From contig MFQC01000007.1 of the NCBI GenBank assembly GCA_001784285.1, forward strand, positions 4,197-68,196: 64,000 nt of DNA. The letters run 5' to 3'. The notes below the pieces were generated by a model that saw only the letters and a program-made list of their open reading frames with translations, ran no database searches and had not been told where the DNA came from. The position numbers and the translations under genes are program-made. Positions 39,483-50,300 of this stretch are shown here, piece after piece. Position 1 is the stretch's first letter. Each line of letters opens with the position of its first letter. This DNA comes from Candidatus Magasanikbacteria bacterium RIFCSPHIGHO2_02_FULL_48_18. GTDB lineage: Bacteria > Patescibacteriota > Patescibacteriia > Magasanikbacterales > UBA922.

Positions 39483-39564
39483 GGTAGAAGAAGATCAAAA
39501 AGTTATCCGTATAACTTTTATAGAGTTGGACGAACGGCCACTCTTGTGTTATCATAATTTTTAT

Positions 39565-39975
39565 ATGGTTTTTTCTCTTAAACAAATTGTTGCATTTCTC
39601 CTATTTTTCGTCCTTCTATGGTCGTGCGTCGGTGTTGGGATTGGCATGATTGGCCACACACTGCTCAGTGGGCACGATCCTGAACACACAGAAATAGCAT
39701 CGTCGCAGAACTGTTGCGCCACGGACACAACAGGAGAATCTTCCGAGAATACTACGGCCACTCATCATACGCTCGCATCGGCTGTGTTGGTTTCTTTTGA
39801 GTTTGCAGTTTTGGTATTGGGTATCGCCTTATGTATCTCCGTATTGCGTCCCTTGCGTGCGTTTTCTCTTTGGTGTCGTTCGTATCTTCTTCAATGGAAA
39901 TATCATTGGGCATATTTTGCCCTGCTGTTTCGGCGATTATTTTCAGGAGGGATTCTTCATTCCAAGGCTTGGTAA
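39565..39975 (+). CDS. small membrane protein with a His/Cys-rich loop, upstream of heavy-metal gene
   Basis: TM - HDPEH...CC...HH - TM - LFSGGILHSKAW; TGnTATCAT just upstream. Confidence 0.65.
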   Translation: MVFSLKQIVAFLLFFVLLWSCVGVGIGMIGHTLLSGHDPEHTEIASSQNCCATDTTGESSENTTATHHTLASAVLVSFEFAVLVLGIALCISVLRPLRAFSLWCRSYLLQWKYHWAYFALLFRRLFSGGILHSKAW

Positions 39976-40038
39976 TGCGCGCATGAAAGCGTCCATGAGT
40001 ACTGATGTGCTCATTTTTTCATTGTGTTATACATCCAT

Positions 40039-41451
40039 ATGAAAGAAAAAATCTATTTTATCGGCGGCATGCATTGCGCCTCGTGTGAACTCTTAATTGA
40101 AAAAAGAGTGTTGCAGGAAAAAGGCGTCAAGGTTGCCGATGCATCACTTGGAAAGAATGCTCTTCGGATTGAATATGAAGGGAACGCGCCGCATGTGAAC
40201 GAATTAAACGGGTGGTTCAAAAACGATGGCTATACCTTTTCTGAAACGAAACCACAGCCGAAAAAACAGCCGTTATTCTATGTTCAAAAAGGACAGCAGG
40301 GTATACGCTTGGATAGAAAACTTCTTCGAAAAAAGCTTGGTACGTTGGCTCGCGTGGGGCTTGTGTTTTTTGCCCTCTATCTTATAGAAAAAACAGGCGC
40401 CGCGACGTACGTGAATGTCAGTGACAATTCGTCGCTCGGTATTTTTTTCCTCTTTGGGCTGGTCGCAGGGCTCTCCAGTTGCGCGGCGTTGGTTGGAGGA
40501 ATTCTTTTGTCGCTCACGAAACAGTGGAATGGGCAATATGGATATGACGCACCCACAAGGAAAAAAATGATCCCGCATTTCTTTTTCCATGGGGGGAGAT
40601 TGTTTGCCTATGGGCTTTTTGGTGCACTGCTTGGCGCCCTGGGGAAAGCGATTGCGCTTGAGCAGGTGACGCTCTACGCCCTTATTACTCTTTTGGTTTC
40701 GTTCGTCATGCTGATGATTGGCCTTCAAATGGCAGGGGTCACGTGGGCGGAGCGATTTCAGATTCGCATGCCCAAAATAGTGACGCGACGTATTGCGGGG
40801 TCTGAAGGAAAAAAGGGGAATCAGCTTCCATTTGCGATTGGCGCCGGCACGGTGTTGCTCCCATGCGGGTTTACGTTAATCGCCCAAGGAGTCGCGCTCA
40901 CGTCCGGAAGCGCCACTCGCGGGGCTTTGATTCTTCTGTTCTTTGTCCTTGGGACGATGATTCCTCTTCTTGGCATTGGTCTTGTGAGTGTCCGTGGAAC
41001 AGCCAACCCAAATCGAGCAAGAGTGTTTTCCTTTTATGCCGGCGTTGTTCTCATCATTTTTGCGCTGTATAATGTGAATGGCCAATTGAATGTCTTGGGG
41101 TTGCCAAGCGTGAGCGATGTGTTGGCAAAAGATGCGGCGAACGAAAACGTGGAGGTTGAAGAGCCTGCAAACACAACAGGAGAACAACAGGTGACCATGG
41201 TTGCAAAAGGATTTTCCTACACGCTCACAAGCCAGTCCACCATTCGTCCGGGCATTCCGACAAAACTGATTGTGAATAATCAAGGCATCCAAGGGTGTGG
41301 GGCATTTTTATCCGCTCGAGGGCTCAAAAGCGGTTTTGTACAGTTGCAACCCGGGAAAAATGTGATTGATCTTGGGAAGCCGAAAAAAGGAACATACAAA
41401 ATTACGTGTTCGATGGGCATGGTTGCGCCGGTAACGATCCGGGTGCAATAG
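40039..41451 (+). CDS. HMA + DsbD_2/TauE-like membrane domain + cupredoxin-like heavy-metal protein
   Basis: GMHCASC, GLSSCAALVGG, LLPCGF, GCG...CSMGM. Confidence 0.85.
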   Translation: MKEKIYFIGGMHCASCELLIEKRVLQEKGVKVADASLGKNALRIEYEGNAPHVNELNGWFKNDGYTFSETKPQPKKQPLFYVQKGQQGIRLDRKLLRKKLGTLARVGLVFFALYLIEKTGAATYVNVSDNSSLGIFFLFGLVAGLSSCAALVGGILLSLTKQWNGQYGYDAPTRKKMIPHFFFHGGRLFAYGLFGALLGALGKAIALEQVTLYALITLLVSFVMLMIGLQMAGVTWAERFQIRMPKIVTRRIAGSEGKKGNQLPFAIGAGTVLLPCGFTLIAQGVALTSGSATRGALILLFFVLGTMIPLLGIGLVSVRGTANPNRARVFSFYAGVVLIIFALYNVNGQLNVLGLPSVSDVLAKDAANENVEVEEPANTTGEQQVTMVAKGFSYTLTSQSTIRPGIPTKLIVNNQGIQGCGAFLSARGLKSGFVQLQPGKNVIDLGKPKKGTYKITCSMGMVAPVTIRVQ

Positions 41452-41485
41452 CGCATAAATAGTGTATTATCCGGAATAATCTTCT

Positions 41486-41638
41486 ATGTCAAATTCTGAT
41501 CCAAAGCAACTTTATGCGGCATTGACTGCTAAGCTTGTGTTGCTTCGACGCCGTGCTCGGAAAATTCGAAAGACAATGCAAAACGATATTGATCGCGAAG
41601 AATTGGAAAAGACAAAGAAAAACATTGATGCCATGTAA
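41486..41638 (+). CDS. 50-aa basic helical protein (below ORF-track cutoff)
   Basis: MSNSDPKQLYAALTAKLVLLRRRARKIRKTMQNDIDREELEKTKKNIDAM; fills the gap and ends 8 nt before the next ATG. Confidence 0.6.
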   Translation: MSNSDPKQLYAALTAKLVLLRRRARKIRKTMQNDIDREELEKTKKNIDAM

Positions 41639-41646
41639 TAATTTCT

Positions 41647-43575
41647 ATGCCCGAGACTACTGAAGATCAAACACATCTATTGGTCGAGGCCGCCGCGCAA
41701 GAGGAGGGGGAAGAGGAGGGAGCCACTCTGGAAGAGGAAATTCCTGATCACGAAGCACCCTTAAAAGAAGCTGTTGTTTTTTTAGAACGGGGATTACATG
41801 ATATTACTTCGGTTACAGAAGAAGAACGGCAAGCATTTCAAATTCTTCTTGACCGCACAGAAGAAGAACAGCTGCCTCCGGAAGTCCGGAAACGCTATGC
41901 CGAGCAAATTCAGATGATGCTTGATCAGTTCACCTCTCTTTCGTCCAAGTATAAGGAGGAACTGGAACATTTCGTAGAAGGAATGGTTGGGTCTAAATAT
42001 GGAACACAAGATTTTTTTCAATTTGCGAACCAAGAACGCGTGGCGCGTACAAAATATGCCGCGTCCGCTGATATAGAGAAACACACACGTCCCTTTGTTG
42101 AACGTCTTGATACTTTGGAAGATCAAGAACATCACATCGACGAAGAACTGCGAACATTAGAACTTCAAGAAGGCACGCTTCGCCAGATGGCTGACTTTCG
42201 TCGATCCCTCATGAAGGAGATTCTTCGGAATGATGTTCTTGAAACAGAACAATACGACGCGTTATCAAAACGGGTCGCGGATCGGCTCAAACGAGAATCG
42301 TCCGAATGGGCCGCGTATGAAGAAGAAGGGGTTGACGCATTTCAAGATGATCTTGTGAACCAACCACGATTTCCAGAAGCAAGCCGAATTGTGTTTTTGG
42401 ATGCGGATCGCTTATCCGAAGAAGAAAAAGCAACGCTTCTTGGCGCAAAACACGTGGAAGAGATTATCAACATACGAGATGCTTATAATCTCCCCTGCAC
42501 AACCGATGAGGAATTATCCCACATTCAGCGCGCGGTGAAAGCGGGGGGATTCTATACACAGGATGGCCACTTTATGAGCGAGCGTTCTTTGGTATACGTT
42601 ACCGGCAATCAACCCACAAAAAAAGAACGGATGCGCGGTCTCGCAAAGGACGGCTCTCTTCCATACAATTATGGGTTATTGGTCCATGAACTGCGCCATG
42701 CCACGCAAAGTAGAGTCTCTCGCGGAGTGTTGGGGAAATCTCGCGATCAGGCGGTCACAGCGCTTGTTGAAGCGCAAGCCATGCATTCGGCGCCATTTGT
42801 GGACACTATTGATGCGCGAAGAACATTGAAAGGACGCCAATATGGCATAGACGAACCTATGGCGGATCAAGCATGCACTGTTATAGAAACACTGAACGCA
42901 ATGGGTTTTTCTCAAACGGATATTGCCATTTTTTTGCATGGCACAGACAAAAAATATGATGTGCTCAAGGATCAATACGGGGGCATACAACGGCGAATAA
43001 AAACTGTGATGAAAGAGCGCGGTATTGGTTATGGCGATCTGGAGCGGCGCAAAGAACGGCAAAAACGTCGTCATCGTATTGGTCGATTAGAAGCCAAAGC
43101 CATTACTCAAGAAGAATATATGGCGCTTGCGGATCCGGAACAAGTGAGACAGATTGGCGCTCGGGTAAAACCGGATGTGGAGGCGCGTCTTTTGGATGGG
43201 ACTCCTATTATTCCAATTTTCAGTAAGGAGGAAGAGCCCCTGATTGATATTGAGTTGGTTATCTTTCCAAATGATAGTGACCATCCTTATACCTTAGAAG
43301 AGCACGTTGGTTATGCCATGCGGCTTGATGCAGAGGGAAGTCCGTTGTTTCGACCCATTCGACAATATCTGGAAGATGGCGCCGTAAAAGAAGAAAATAT
43401 TGAAAGAGATGAACCTTTTGATGAACAAGAGGTTCTTGCGGTGTTATCCGAACGGGCAGGTGAGGGGAGGCTTGGTTTTGGTGTTGATTGTATTGTTAAT
43501 CATCCGGGGTATGACGCATTTGAGAAAAAAATGGTGGCGGCAGGGAATCGCTCTTCGACCCATCCATCCCCTTGA
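41647..43575 (+). CDS. acidic coiled-coil protein with a zincin-like HExxH motif
   Basis: LLVHELRHATQ, then ALVEAQA about 25 aa later; E-rich N-terminus; no signal peptide. Confidence 0.6.
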   Translation: MPETTEDQTHLLVEAAAQEEGEEEGATLEEEIPDHEAPLKEAVVFLERGLHDITSVTEEERQAFQILLDRTEEEQLPPEVRKRYAEQIQMMLDQFTSLSSKYKEELEHFVEGMVGSKYGTQDFFQFANQERVARTKYAASADIEKHTRPFVERLDTLEDQEHHIDEELRTLELQEGTLRQMADFRRSLMKEILRNDVLETEQYDALSKRVADRLKRESSEWAAYEEEGVDAFQDDLVNQPRFPEASRIVFLDADRLSEEEKATLLGAKHVEEIINIRDAYNLPCTTDEELSHIQRAVKAGGFYTQDGHFMSERSLVYVTGNQPTKKERMRGLAKDGSLPYNYGLLVHELRHATQSRVSRGVLGKSRDQAVTALVEAQAMHSAPFVDTIDARRTLKGRQYGIDEPMADQACTVIETLNAMGFSQTDIAIFLHGTDKKYDVLKDQYGGIQRRIKTVMKERGIGYGDLERRKERQKRRHRIGRLEAKAITQEEYMALADPEQVRQIGARVKPDVEARLLDGTPIIPIFSKEEEPLIDIELVIFPNDSDHPYTLEEHVGYAMRLDAEGSPLFRPIRQYLEDGAVKEENIERDEPFDEQEVLAVLSERAGEGRLGFGVDCIVNHPGYDAFEKKMVAAGNRSSTHPSP

Positions 43576-43698
43576 CATCGTGCCCTTTTTCTGCTATACT
43601 CGTATATTCACTTATGTCCCGAATGGAGTTTGGGACGACTCGAATCTTTATGGTGTCAATGTGTGACCTCGAAGACTATCGGGTCACACATTTTTTTT
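43572..43698 (+). promoter_or_regulatory. promoter and structured leader of the DEAD-box helicase
   Basis: TTGACA-17bp-TATACT with extended TG; hairpins 43616-43636 and 43658-43692 plus T-run abutting the ATG. Confidence 0.65.
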
Positions 43699-44967
43699 AT
43701 GACACAACAGCACGCCACCGGTCGTTTTCACGACCTTGGAATAAGCAAGAATTTTCTTGATATTCTCACAAAAAACGGGTTTGATACGCCGACCCCCATT
43801 CAGCACCAGGTTATTCCCGGGGCGCTTGAAGGAAAAGACATTGTGGGCATCGCCCAAACCGGCACCGGAAAAACGCTTGCGTTTGGTATACCAATCATCC
43901 AACGACTTGCGGTAAACAAAGGACAAGGACTTATTTTGGTACCCACCCGAGAGCTCGCGCTTCAAGTGGAACAGGCGCTGAGACAAGTCGGCACGCCGCT
44001 CGGATTGCGCTCTGCCGTTATTATTGGCGGCACATCGCAGCAGCCGCAAGTACGCGCTATTAAAAATAATCCGCATATTGTGATTGCAACCCCCGGCCGT
44101 TTGGTGGATCTTTTAGACCAAAAGCTCTATCGGCTGGACAGAGTGAATATCGTGACGCTTGACGAAGCTGATCGCATGCTTGACGTGGGATTTTTGCCCC
44201 AAATCAAGCGCATTCTCCAAACCGTGACAAAAGATCGGCAAACCATGTTGTTTTCTGCCACCATGCCCCCATCCATTTCGTCCCTGGCGAGCGCATTTAT
44301 GAAAATGCCTTTGAGAATTGAGATCGCGCCGCAGGGCACGTCTGCGGAAAACGTGGAACAAGAAGTATTTGTCGTATCAAAAAATGACAAAATTCGGCTC
44401 TTGGATTCTCTGCTTCAAAAATATCGCGACGATATTATTCTTATTTTTTCTCGAACCAAGCATGGCGCAAAGAAAATCGCGCGCGATATTCGAAACATGG
44501 GACACACGGCAACGGAGATCCATGGCAACCGGTCCCAGCCGCAGAGAAAAGCCGCGCTTGAAGGATTTGTACGAGGAAGATTTCGTATTATGGTCGCGAC
44601 CGATATTGCCGCCCGCGGCATTGACGTCAAGAATATTTCGTTGGTTGTTAATTTTGATCTCCCTGATAATTCCGAAGATTATGTCCACCGTATCGGCAGA
44701 ACCGGCCGCGCGGGTCGTTTTGGCAAGGCCATTTCGTTTGTGACGCCGTCAGAAAAAGCGGATATCAAAAAAATTGAACGCCTTATTCGAAAATCTCTTC
44801 CTATTCTTTCTCTTCCGGCACTGCCGCCGGAAAGGGCGAAGCCGCCTCATGAAGATTCGCGAGAGCCTGCAGGACAAAAACAGTTTGGAGGCCGCGGTCG
44901 CGGTCAGCATTCGCATGCCGCACAGCAACGACGAGCGCCTCGTCGGCGTCAGCATTCCCGTTATTAA
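43699..44967 (+). CDS. DEAD-box RNA helicase (RhlE-like)
   Basis: AQTGTGKT, PTRELA, DEAD, SAT, ARGID, HRIGRTGR. Confidence 0.95.
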   Translation: MTQQHATGRFHDLGISKNFLDILTKNGFDTPTPIQHQVIPGALEGKDIVGIAQTGTGKTLAFGIPIIQRLAVNKGQGLILVPTRELALQVEQALRQVGTPLGLRSAVIIGGTSQQPQVRAIKNNPHIVIATPGRLVDLLDQKLYRLDRVNIVTLDEADRMLDVGFLPQIKRILQTVTKDRQTMLFSATMPPSISSLASAFMKMPLRIEIAPQGTSAENVEQEVFVVSKNDKIRLLDSLLQKYRDDIILIFSRTKHGAKKIARDIRNMGHTATEIHGNRSQPQRKAALEGFVRGRFRIMVATDIAARGIDVKNISLVVNFDLPDNSEDYVHRIGRTGRAGRFGKAISFVTPSEKADIKKIERLIRKSLPILSLPALPPERAKPPHEDSREPAGQKQFGGRGRGQHSHAAQQRRAPRRRQHSRY

Positions 44968-45028
44968 CCATCTCTTTTTTTCTTCCTCGATCTTTTTTTA
45001 TGCTATACTTTGCCAATACTTCTCTCGT

Positions 45029-45577
45029 ATGCCCCAGGAGCATATTTTGTATAGCATAAAACGGCACCGGCAAGCCAAACGGCTTCGTATTTTGGTCCAC
45101 GGGAATGGCCAGGTGGTCGTGACCGCGCCCATGAGGACAAAACAAGGGCATATTGAGAGGGCGGTCCGCAATCATCAGGCGTGGATTGTTCAGTCGCTTC
45201 AAGATGTGTTTCAAAAACAACGCCGTTGGGAAATACCGGATCATATAACGCAAGAGCGCTACAGCGCCTGCCGGGCGCGGGCAAAAAAATTTATTTGCGA
45301 ACGGATGAATGTGTTTAATACCCACTATGGTTTTGCGTATCATGCCATTACCGTAAAAGATATGCACAGCCGGTGGGGGAGTTGTTCCCACAAAAAAAAT
45401 CTCAATTTTCATTATCGCCTGCTTTTTTTGCCGCTTTACCTCGCGGACTATGTCATTGTGCATGAGATATGTCACCTGAAAGAGCTCAATCATTCCAAAG
45501 AATTTTGGCGTTTGATTTCTGAAACAATACCCGATTATCGAGAACGACAAAATACATTGCGTCAGTTTGCACTATAG
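45029..45577 (+). CDS. YgjP/DUF45 metal-dependent hydrolase
   Basis: SRWGSCS, YVIVHEICHLKELNHSKEFW. Confidence 0.88.
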   Translation: MPQEHILYSIKRHRQAKRLRILVHGNGQVVVTAPMRTKQGHIERAVRNHQAWIVQSLQDVFQKQRRWEIPDHITQERYSACRARAKKFICERMNVFNTHYGFAYHAITVKDMHSRWGSCSHKKNLNFHYRLLFLPLYLADYVIVHEICHLKELNHSKEFWRLISETIPDYRERQNTLRQFAL

Positions 45578-45592
45578 ACAGGAAATTTTGGT

Positions 45593-46984
45593 ATGGCTTT
45601 CCCTTGGAAAAAATTATTTATCCGAAAAGAGTGCGACCTCCCCACGTTTGGCGCGGCCATTCAAACGGCCTATCATATACTTTGGCGTTTCACAAAATTA
45701 AAAAAAGAATATTTGTTCGCGCACCTTAAAGGAAGAGATATTTATTACTACATCCATGATGTGGACGAACGAGCGGTCGGGCGATCGCTCTATCAGAAAA
45801 AATACAGTACGCCATTGCATATTCAGGAGAGATACGCCGAAGGCGTGGCCTTTCTCAAACAAACCAAAATAACAGCCCGTTATTGGCAAAAATCCTTGGC
45901 AAAAAATTTTTCACGCGACCATCTTTCTCGCGCGTTTGCCGCGTTTCAAAAAGATTTTGCCATCATTAATAATGAGTATAGTATTCTTCCGTGGTGGGCG
46001 CTCGAATCATGGCAATATGATTTTTTGGAGACCACTCATGCGTTGATACAAAAGAAAAAAGCCGAAGCATATCAGGATACCATTCTTGCCTCGCTTTTAC
46101 GGCCATGGAAGCGGACGGCGGTTCAAGACATTGAGCGAAAGTTTCACAAAGGGGTTCCGGTATCTCGGTTGGTTCACGATTATCAATTTTTACGAAGCTG
46201 GACGGTTGTTTGGCATACTCCTATCACCGCCGAATGGATTGAAGACGTCTGCAAAAAAGTGGCTCTCCCAAGACAGGATGCTTTTTCTCAGAAAAAAATT
46301 ATTCAGCTTCTTCGGCCAAATACACAAGAAAAAAGATATATTGAAGCCGCTCCGTATGTCGTCTTTTTTAAAGATTGGCGCGATGATGTGCGCCGCAAGC
46401 ATGCATTTCTGTGGACGTTTTTATTTGACGGACTGTCGCGGTATTTTGATGTCGCGTATGATGATATTGGGTACTCTCCGTTATGGGAAATTGATACCGC
46501 GTTGAAAAAGGACAGAATTGACCGCCAGAGTATTCAAGAAAGAAAACAGTATGGATGCGTGTTAACGTCTGCGCCGCGTGCCCTTGATATCAGGGTGATA
46601 GAACGGCCGCGTTATGAACGATATGTCAAAAGAGCGCTGGCAGTGGATATGGCTTGGACATCCATGGAAATACATGGAATCATCGCTCAGCGGGGTGTGG
46701 CGCGGGGGAGAGTGCGCGTGGTGAGGAAGTACGCGGATGTGTTCCATATCAAGGGAGGCGATATCCTGGTTGCCAACACGACGCACCCGAATTATCTCGT
46801 GGGCATGAAAAAGGCGGCAGCCTTTATTACGGACGAGGGCGGTATTGCGAGCCACGCGGCGATTGTAGCAAGAGAAATGAAAAAACCTTGTCTTGTGGGA
46901 ACGGGAAACGCCACAAAAGCGCTTCGCGACGGCGATATGGTGGAAGTTGACGCCGAGCGGGGAACGGTGTGTACAATACAATAA
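45593..46984 (+). CDS. protein with C-terminal PEP-utilising phosphohistidine swivel domain
   Basis: GDILVANTTHP, TDEGGIASHAAIVAREMKKPCLVG; N-terminus not recognised. Confidence 0.8.
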   Translation: MAFPWKKLFIRKECDLPTFGAAIQTAYHILWRFTKLKKEYLFAHLKGRDIYYYIHDVDERAVGRSLYQKKYSTPLHIQERYAEGVAFLKQTKITARYWQKSLAKNFSRDHLSRAFAAFQKDFAIINNEYSILPWWALESWQYDFLETTHALIQKKKAEAYQDTILASLLRPWKRTAVQDIERKFHKGVPVSRLVHDYQFLRSWTVVWHTPITAEWIEDVCKKVALPRQDAFSQKKIIQLLRPNTQEKRYIEAAPYVVFFKDWRDDVRRKHAFLWTFLFDGLSRYFDVAYDDIGYSPLWEIDTALKKDRIDRQSIQERKQYGCVLTSAPRALDIRVIERPRYERYVKRALAVDMAWTSMEIHGIIAQRGVARGRVRVVRKYADVFHIKGGDILVANTTHPNYLVGMKKAAAFITDEGGIASHAAIVAREMKKPCLVGTGNATKALRDGDMVEVDAERGTVCTIQ

Positions 46985-46998
46985 TTTTTTATACGAAT

Positions 46999-47223
46999 AT
47001 GAAATGGAACAAATTTTTCATATACATTATCGTACTCCTTATGGTATCGGCGGGTTTTGTTGTATATATCATATATGGTTTTGGAAAACCGAATGCCAAA
47101 CCTGCAATACCGACGCCGATAACCACATTTGAGGAATGTGAAAAGGCAGGATACCCGGTGTATTTTCCCCGTCCGCGTTTGTGCGTGGCGGACGGAAAAA
47201 CATTTGTGGAAACCTTGCGTTGA
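46999..47223 (+). CDS. small membrane-anchored protein with a Cys pair
   Basis: TM then ITTFEECEKAGYPV...PRLC..DGKTFVE. Confidence 0.65.
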   Translation: MKWNKFFIYIIVLLMVSAGFVVYIIYGFGKPNAKPAIPTPITTFEECEKAGYPVYFPRPRLCVADGKTFVETLR

Positions 47224-47254
47224 ATAAAAATTTCCCCCCCCATAGTACAATTTC

Positions 47255-47284
47255 TTGACAGTTTTTTTTGCTTTTGAGTATACT
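47255..47284 (+). promoter_or_regulatory. sigma70 promoter of the giant secreted-protein locus
   Basis: TTGACA-18bp-TATACT. Confidence 0.55.
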
Positions 47285-47335
47285 CAATGATATTATTGTA
47301 CAATGTTGGTCTGATTTATTTTTTATTTTTCATCT

Positions 47336-50300
47336 ATGACGTACACGCATCGCCCGCTTTTCCACTGGATGACGGCGGCATGTCTTCTTTCATCCCTTCT
47401 TTTTGCGCCGTTTTTGGTGGTCCGCGCGCAAGTCTCTGACGAAATCCTTACGGAAGAACCTGTTGTCTCTCTTCCAGAAACAGCCACAGACCTGGAGGAC
47501 AGCAGACCACTTTCCTACACAGCCCTTATGCGGCGGTTTCATGCGCTTCGCACACAGGATCAGGATACTGTGGAGGATGCCGAGCGCACAGCGCTAAGAG
47601 ATGATCTTGCCGCATTTCTTGAACAAGAAAAAATCAAGACTGGCGGGTTACCTGTTTCTCAAGAAAAACAGCGCGCGTATATTGACCGGCTCGAAGCCAT
47701 GATACAGATATTGACGCCGCAAGAAACTCCTGAAGAATCGTGGTGGAATCGTTTTGTCCGCACGATTACGGAATGGTTTCACGAGGACACAGCGCTCACG
47801 TTTGATGAAAAAGAATTTCGCGCGCCGGACTTTCCATCGCAATTTCAATTTGCTGATGACGTTATTGAAGTAAAAGAGCTCAAAAATCCTGTGGTTAGAG
47901 TTGCTGAAGGGGAAACAATAACCGATGCGCTCAAAAAATTGGTGCGCATTGAGGTGGCGTCTGCCGATACCACGCTTCCGGTCCTTGCGGATATCAAACC
48001 GGACGGAGAAGCCGTTATTCCAGAAGAGATACGCACCCTTGCCAAAGATTTGGACAACAATCCTGTTGCGATTATGAACTATGTGCAAAATGCCATTCAG
48101 TATGAGCCGTATTTTGGCGCAAAAAAAGGAAGCGTGGGATGTTTGCATGAAAAGGCATGCAATGATGTTGACGCCTCGTCGCTCACGATTGCGCTTTTGC
48201 GCGCCGCCGGGATTCCGGCTCGGTATAAGACGAGCATTGCAGTTTTTTCCATGGATCAGTTGAAGTCCCTTCTTGGCGTTGACGAGGCAAACACGGTCTA
48301 CGCCGCGTTCGCATCCAATCATGTGCCGGTGTACACTATTTCCGGCAATCCGCTTCCGGAAAAATTGGACGATGCGAATCTTTCGGGTGAGACCCATCTT
48401 GCGCTGGAATGGGTTTTTGCCGAAGCATTTTATGATTATGACGAACGCGGAGCCAATATCCCCAATACGCTTGAGGCGGGTGGCGCGCAGACGTCGGAGG
48501 AGCTTCACGCGCTTCTCGCGCCATTTCCAAAAAAGCAATGGATTCCGATCGATGTCATTGTTCGTTCCTATATACACACGAAAAATCCGATTCTCGCCGA
48601 GTCGGCAAATTTTAACGCTGAGTCATTTTTCTATGATTATCTCGCGTATCAAGGAAATTTGGATCCGGTGGAAAAATACGCCGAAGAACTGAAAACAAAA
48701 ACAGGAAAAACGCTCGAAAGTTCTTTGTCCACGAAGGGGTACACCGAAAAGTCTTTGGATATTATCCCGATTACCTTGCCCTATCTCTTGGGCGAAGGAT
48801 CAGCAGAAGACGGAAGCGTGGTTGCGCCAGAGGCATTTTCAATCCTTCCGGAAAGTTTTCGCTATCAGCTAACGCTTTCCCTCCTTCAAAGTTTCACTAA
48901 TGAAAGTGTCTTGGAAACGACATTCCTGGCAAGTGTCGTGAATAATGCAGAACTTAATGTTTATTATGAAGGGTTTACCCCGGAAGACCAGGCAATTATT
49001 GATAGTTATGGCGGCATTCATCTCACCCCGGCGGAACTGGTTGATATTCGGGCAATGCTGAGGACAGAGGATGCCATATTTTCCGGAACAAAAGCGATTG
49101 CCATTGGCGAATCGCTCGTGATGAAATTTCGGCTGACCCTGAACGGGGAAGAATTACATATTGATGAAAAGTTTTCCACAGCCGGAAACCATGAGGGTGT
49201 GTATCTTGCGTTTTCAAAAACAATTCCCCATCCATTTTTGATCGACGACAATGATCCGGACAAAAACAGCAAAATTCTTCTTGAAGGAAATACAGCGGTG
49301 GCGCGAGAGTATCTCCGCACGATTGAAAAACAAGGGGCACTCCTCAAACAATCACTTGATTATGAATATCAAACGCTTGTCACGCGCGCGGTCGTCACGC
49401 AAAATCGTATTTTGAATACGGCAAACGGCGTGCCGACCACGTTTGACTTCCAAGGCCTTACGATTGACGCGACCACCTTTGTCGCGGATTATTCCAATCG
49501 GGGAAATTACAAAAATCATCGCAAAGATTTTCGGCTTCTTTGGGGGCTTATGGCTTCGTATGAAGAAGGACAGGTCTTTACCGACCTTGCCGGCTTGAAC
49601 GGCATTTCAACGGTCAAAGGCCTGCAATATGCCTATGGAAATCCCGGGACCTATACCATTCATATTATTACCAGCGCCAATAAAGCGGTGATCGACACCT
49701 TAACGCTTTCCGAAAATACGAAAGAGAATATGAAGGCGGATGTGGATAAAGGGAATACCGTTATTACGCCGCAAAAAGCAATCGAAAAAGGCAAATGGAA
49801 GGGTGTCCTCTATATTTCGCTTGATCCCACCTGGACCGGCACATACGCGATCGGCGAGCAGGTGAGTCAAAATGGGGGATTTACGACAGATGATTTGGAA
49901 GTGGCAAGCGTGTATGACCCGGAGGTTGCATCTTGGATAGATTATTATTTTAAAACCATCCAGCTCCTCTCTGAGAATGCCAAGTTTGGTTATCAAGATA
50001 TGCCCAAATCTATTGGAAGTGTCGCTTGCACGCTCAAAGAAACAACGTTTAATGCCATCAAAAGTGAATCTGGCTGGAAAACGGAATATGGATTTCCCTG
50101 TCGGAAGGATATTATTTCGTTTGGTCCTGTCGAACATATATATATTTTGGCTACAAATGCCATAAAATTTTACAGAACCGGGCAATATAATTACTGGACA
50201 AAACCGGCAAATGTTCTTCAAAAAATAGATAAATACATCGAAGAAAATACAGCCATAAGCAGTCAAGATATTCAAGGGAATAAAGATCTTGGACTTATAA

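Noticed and set aside
39427-39564. N-terminal extension (MVVGSNPTRRA) of the ORF ending at 39975
   Set aside because: Reads through the tRNA 3' exon and terminator; the plausible start is 39565
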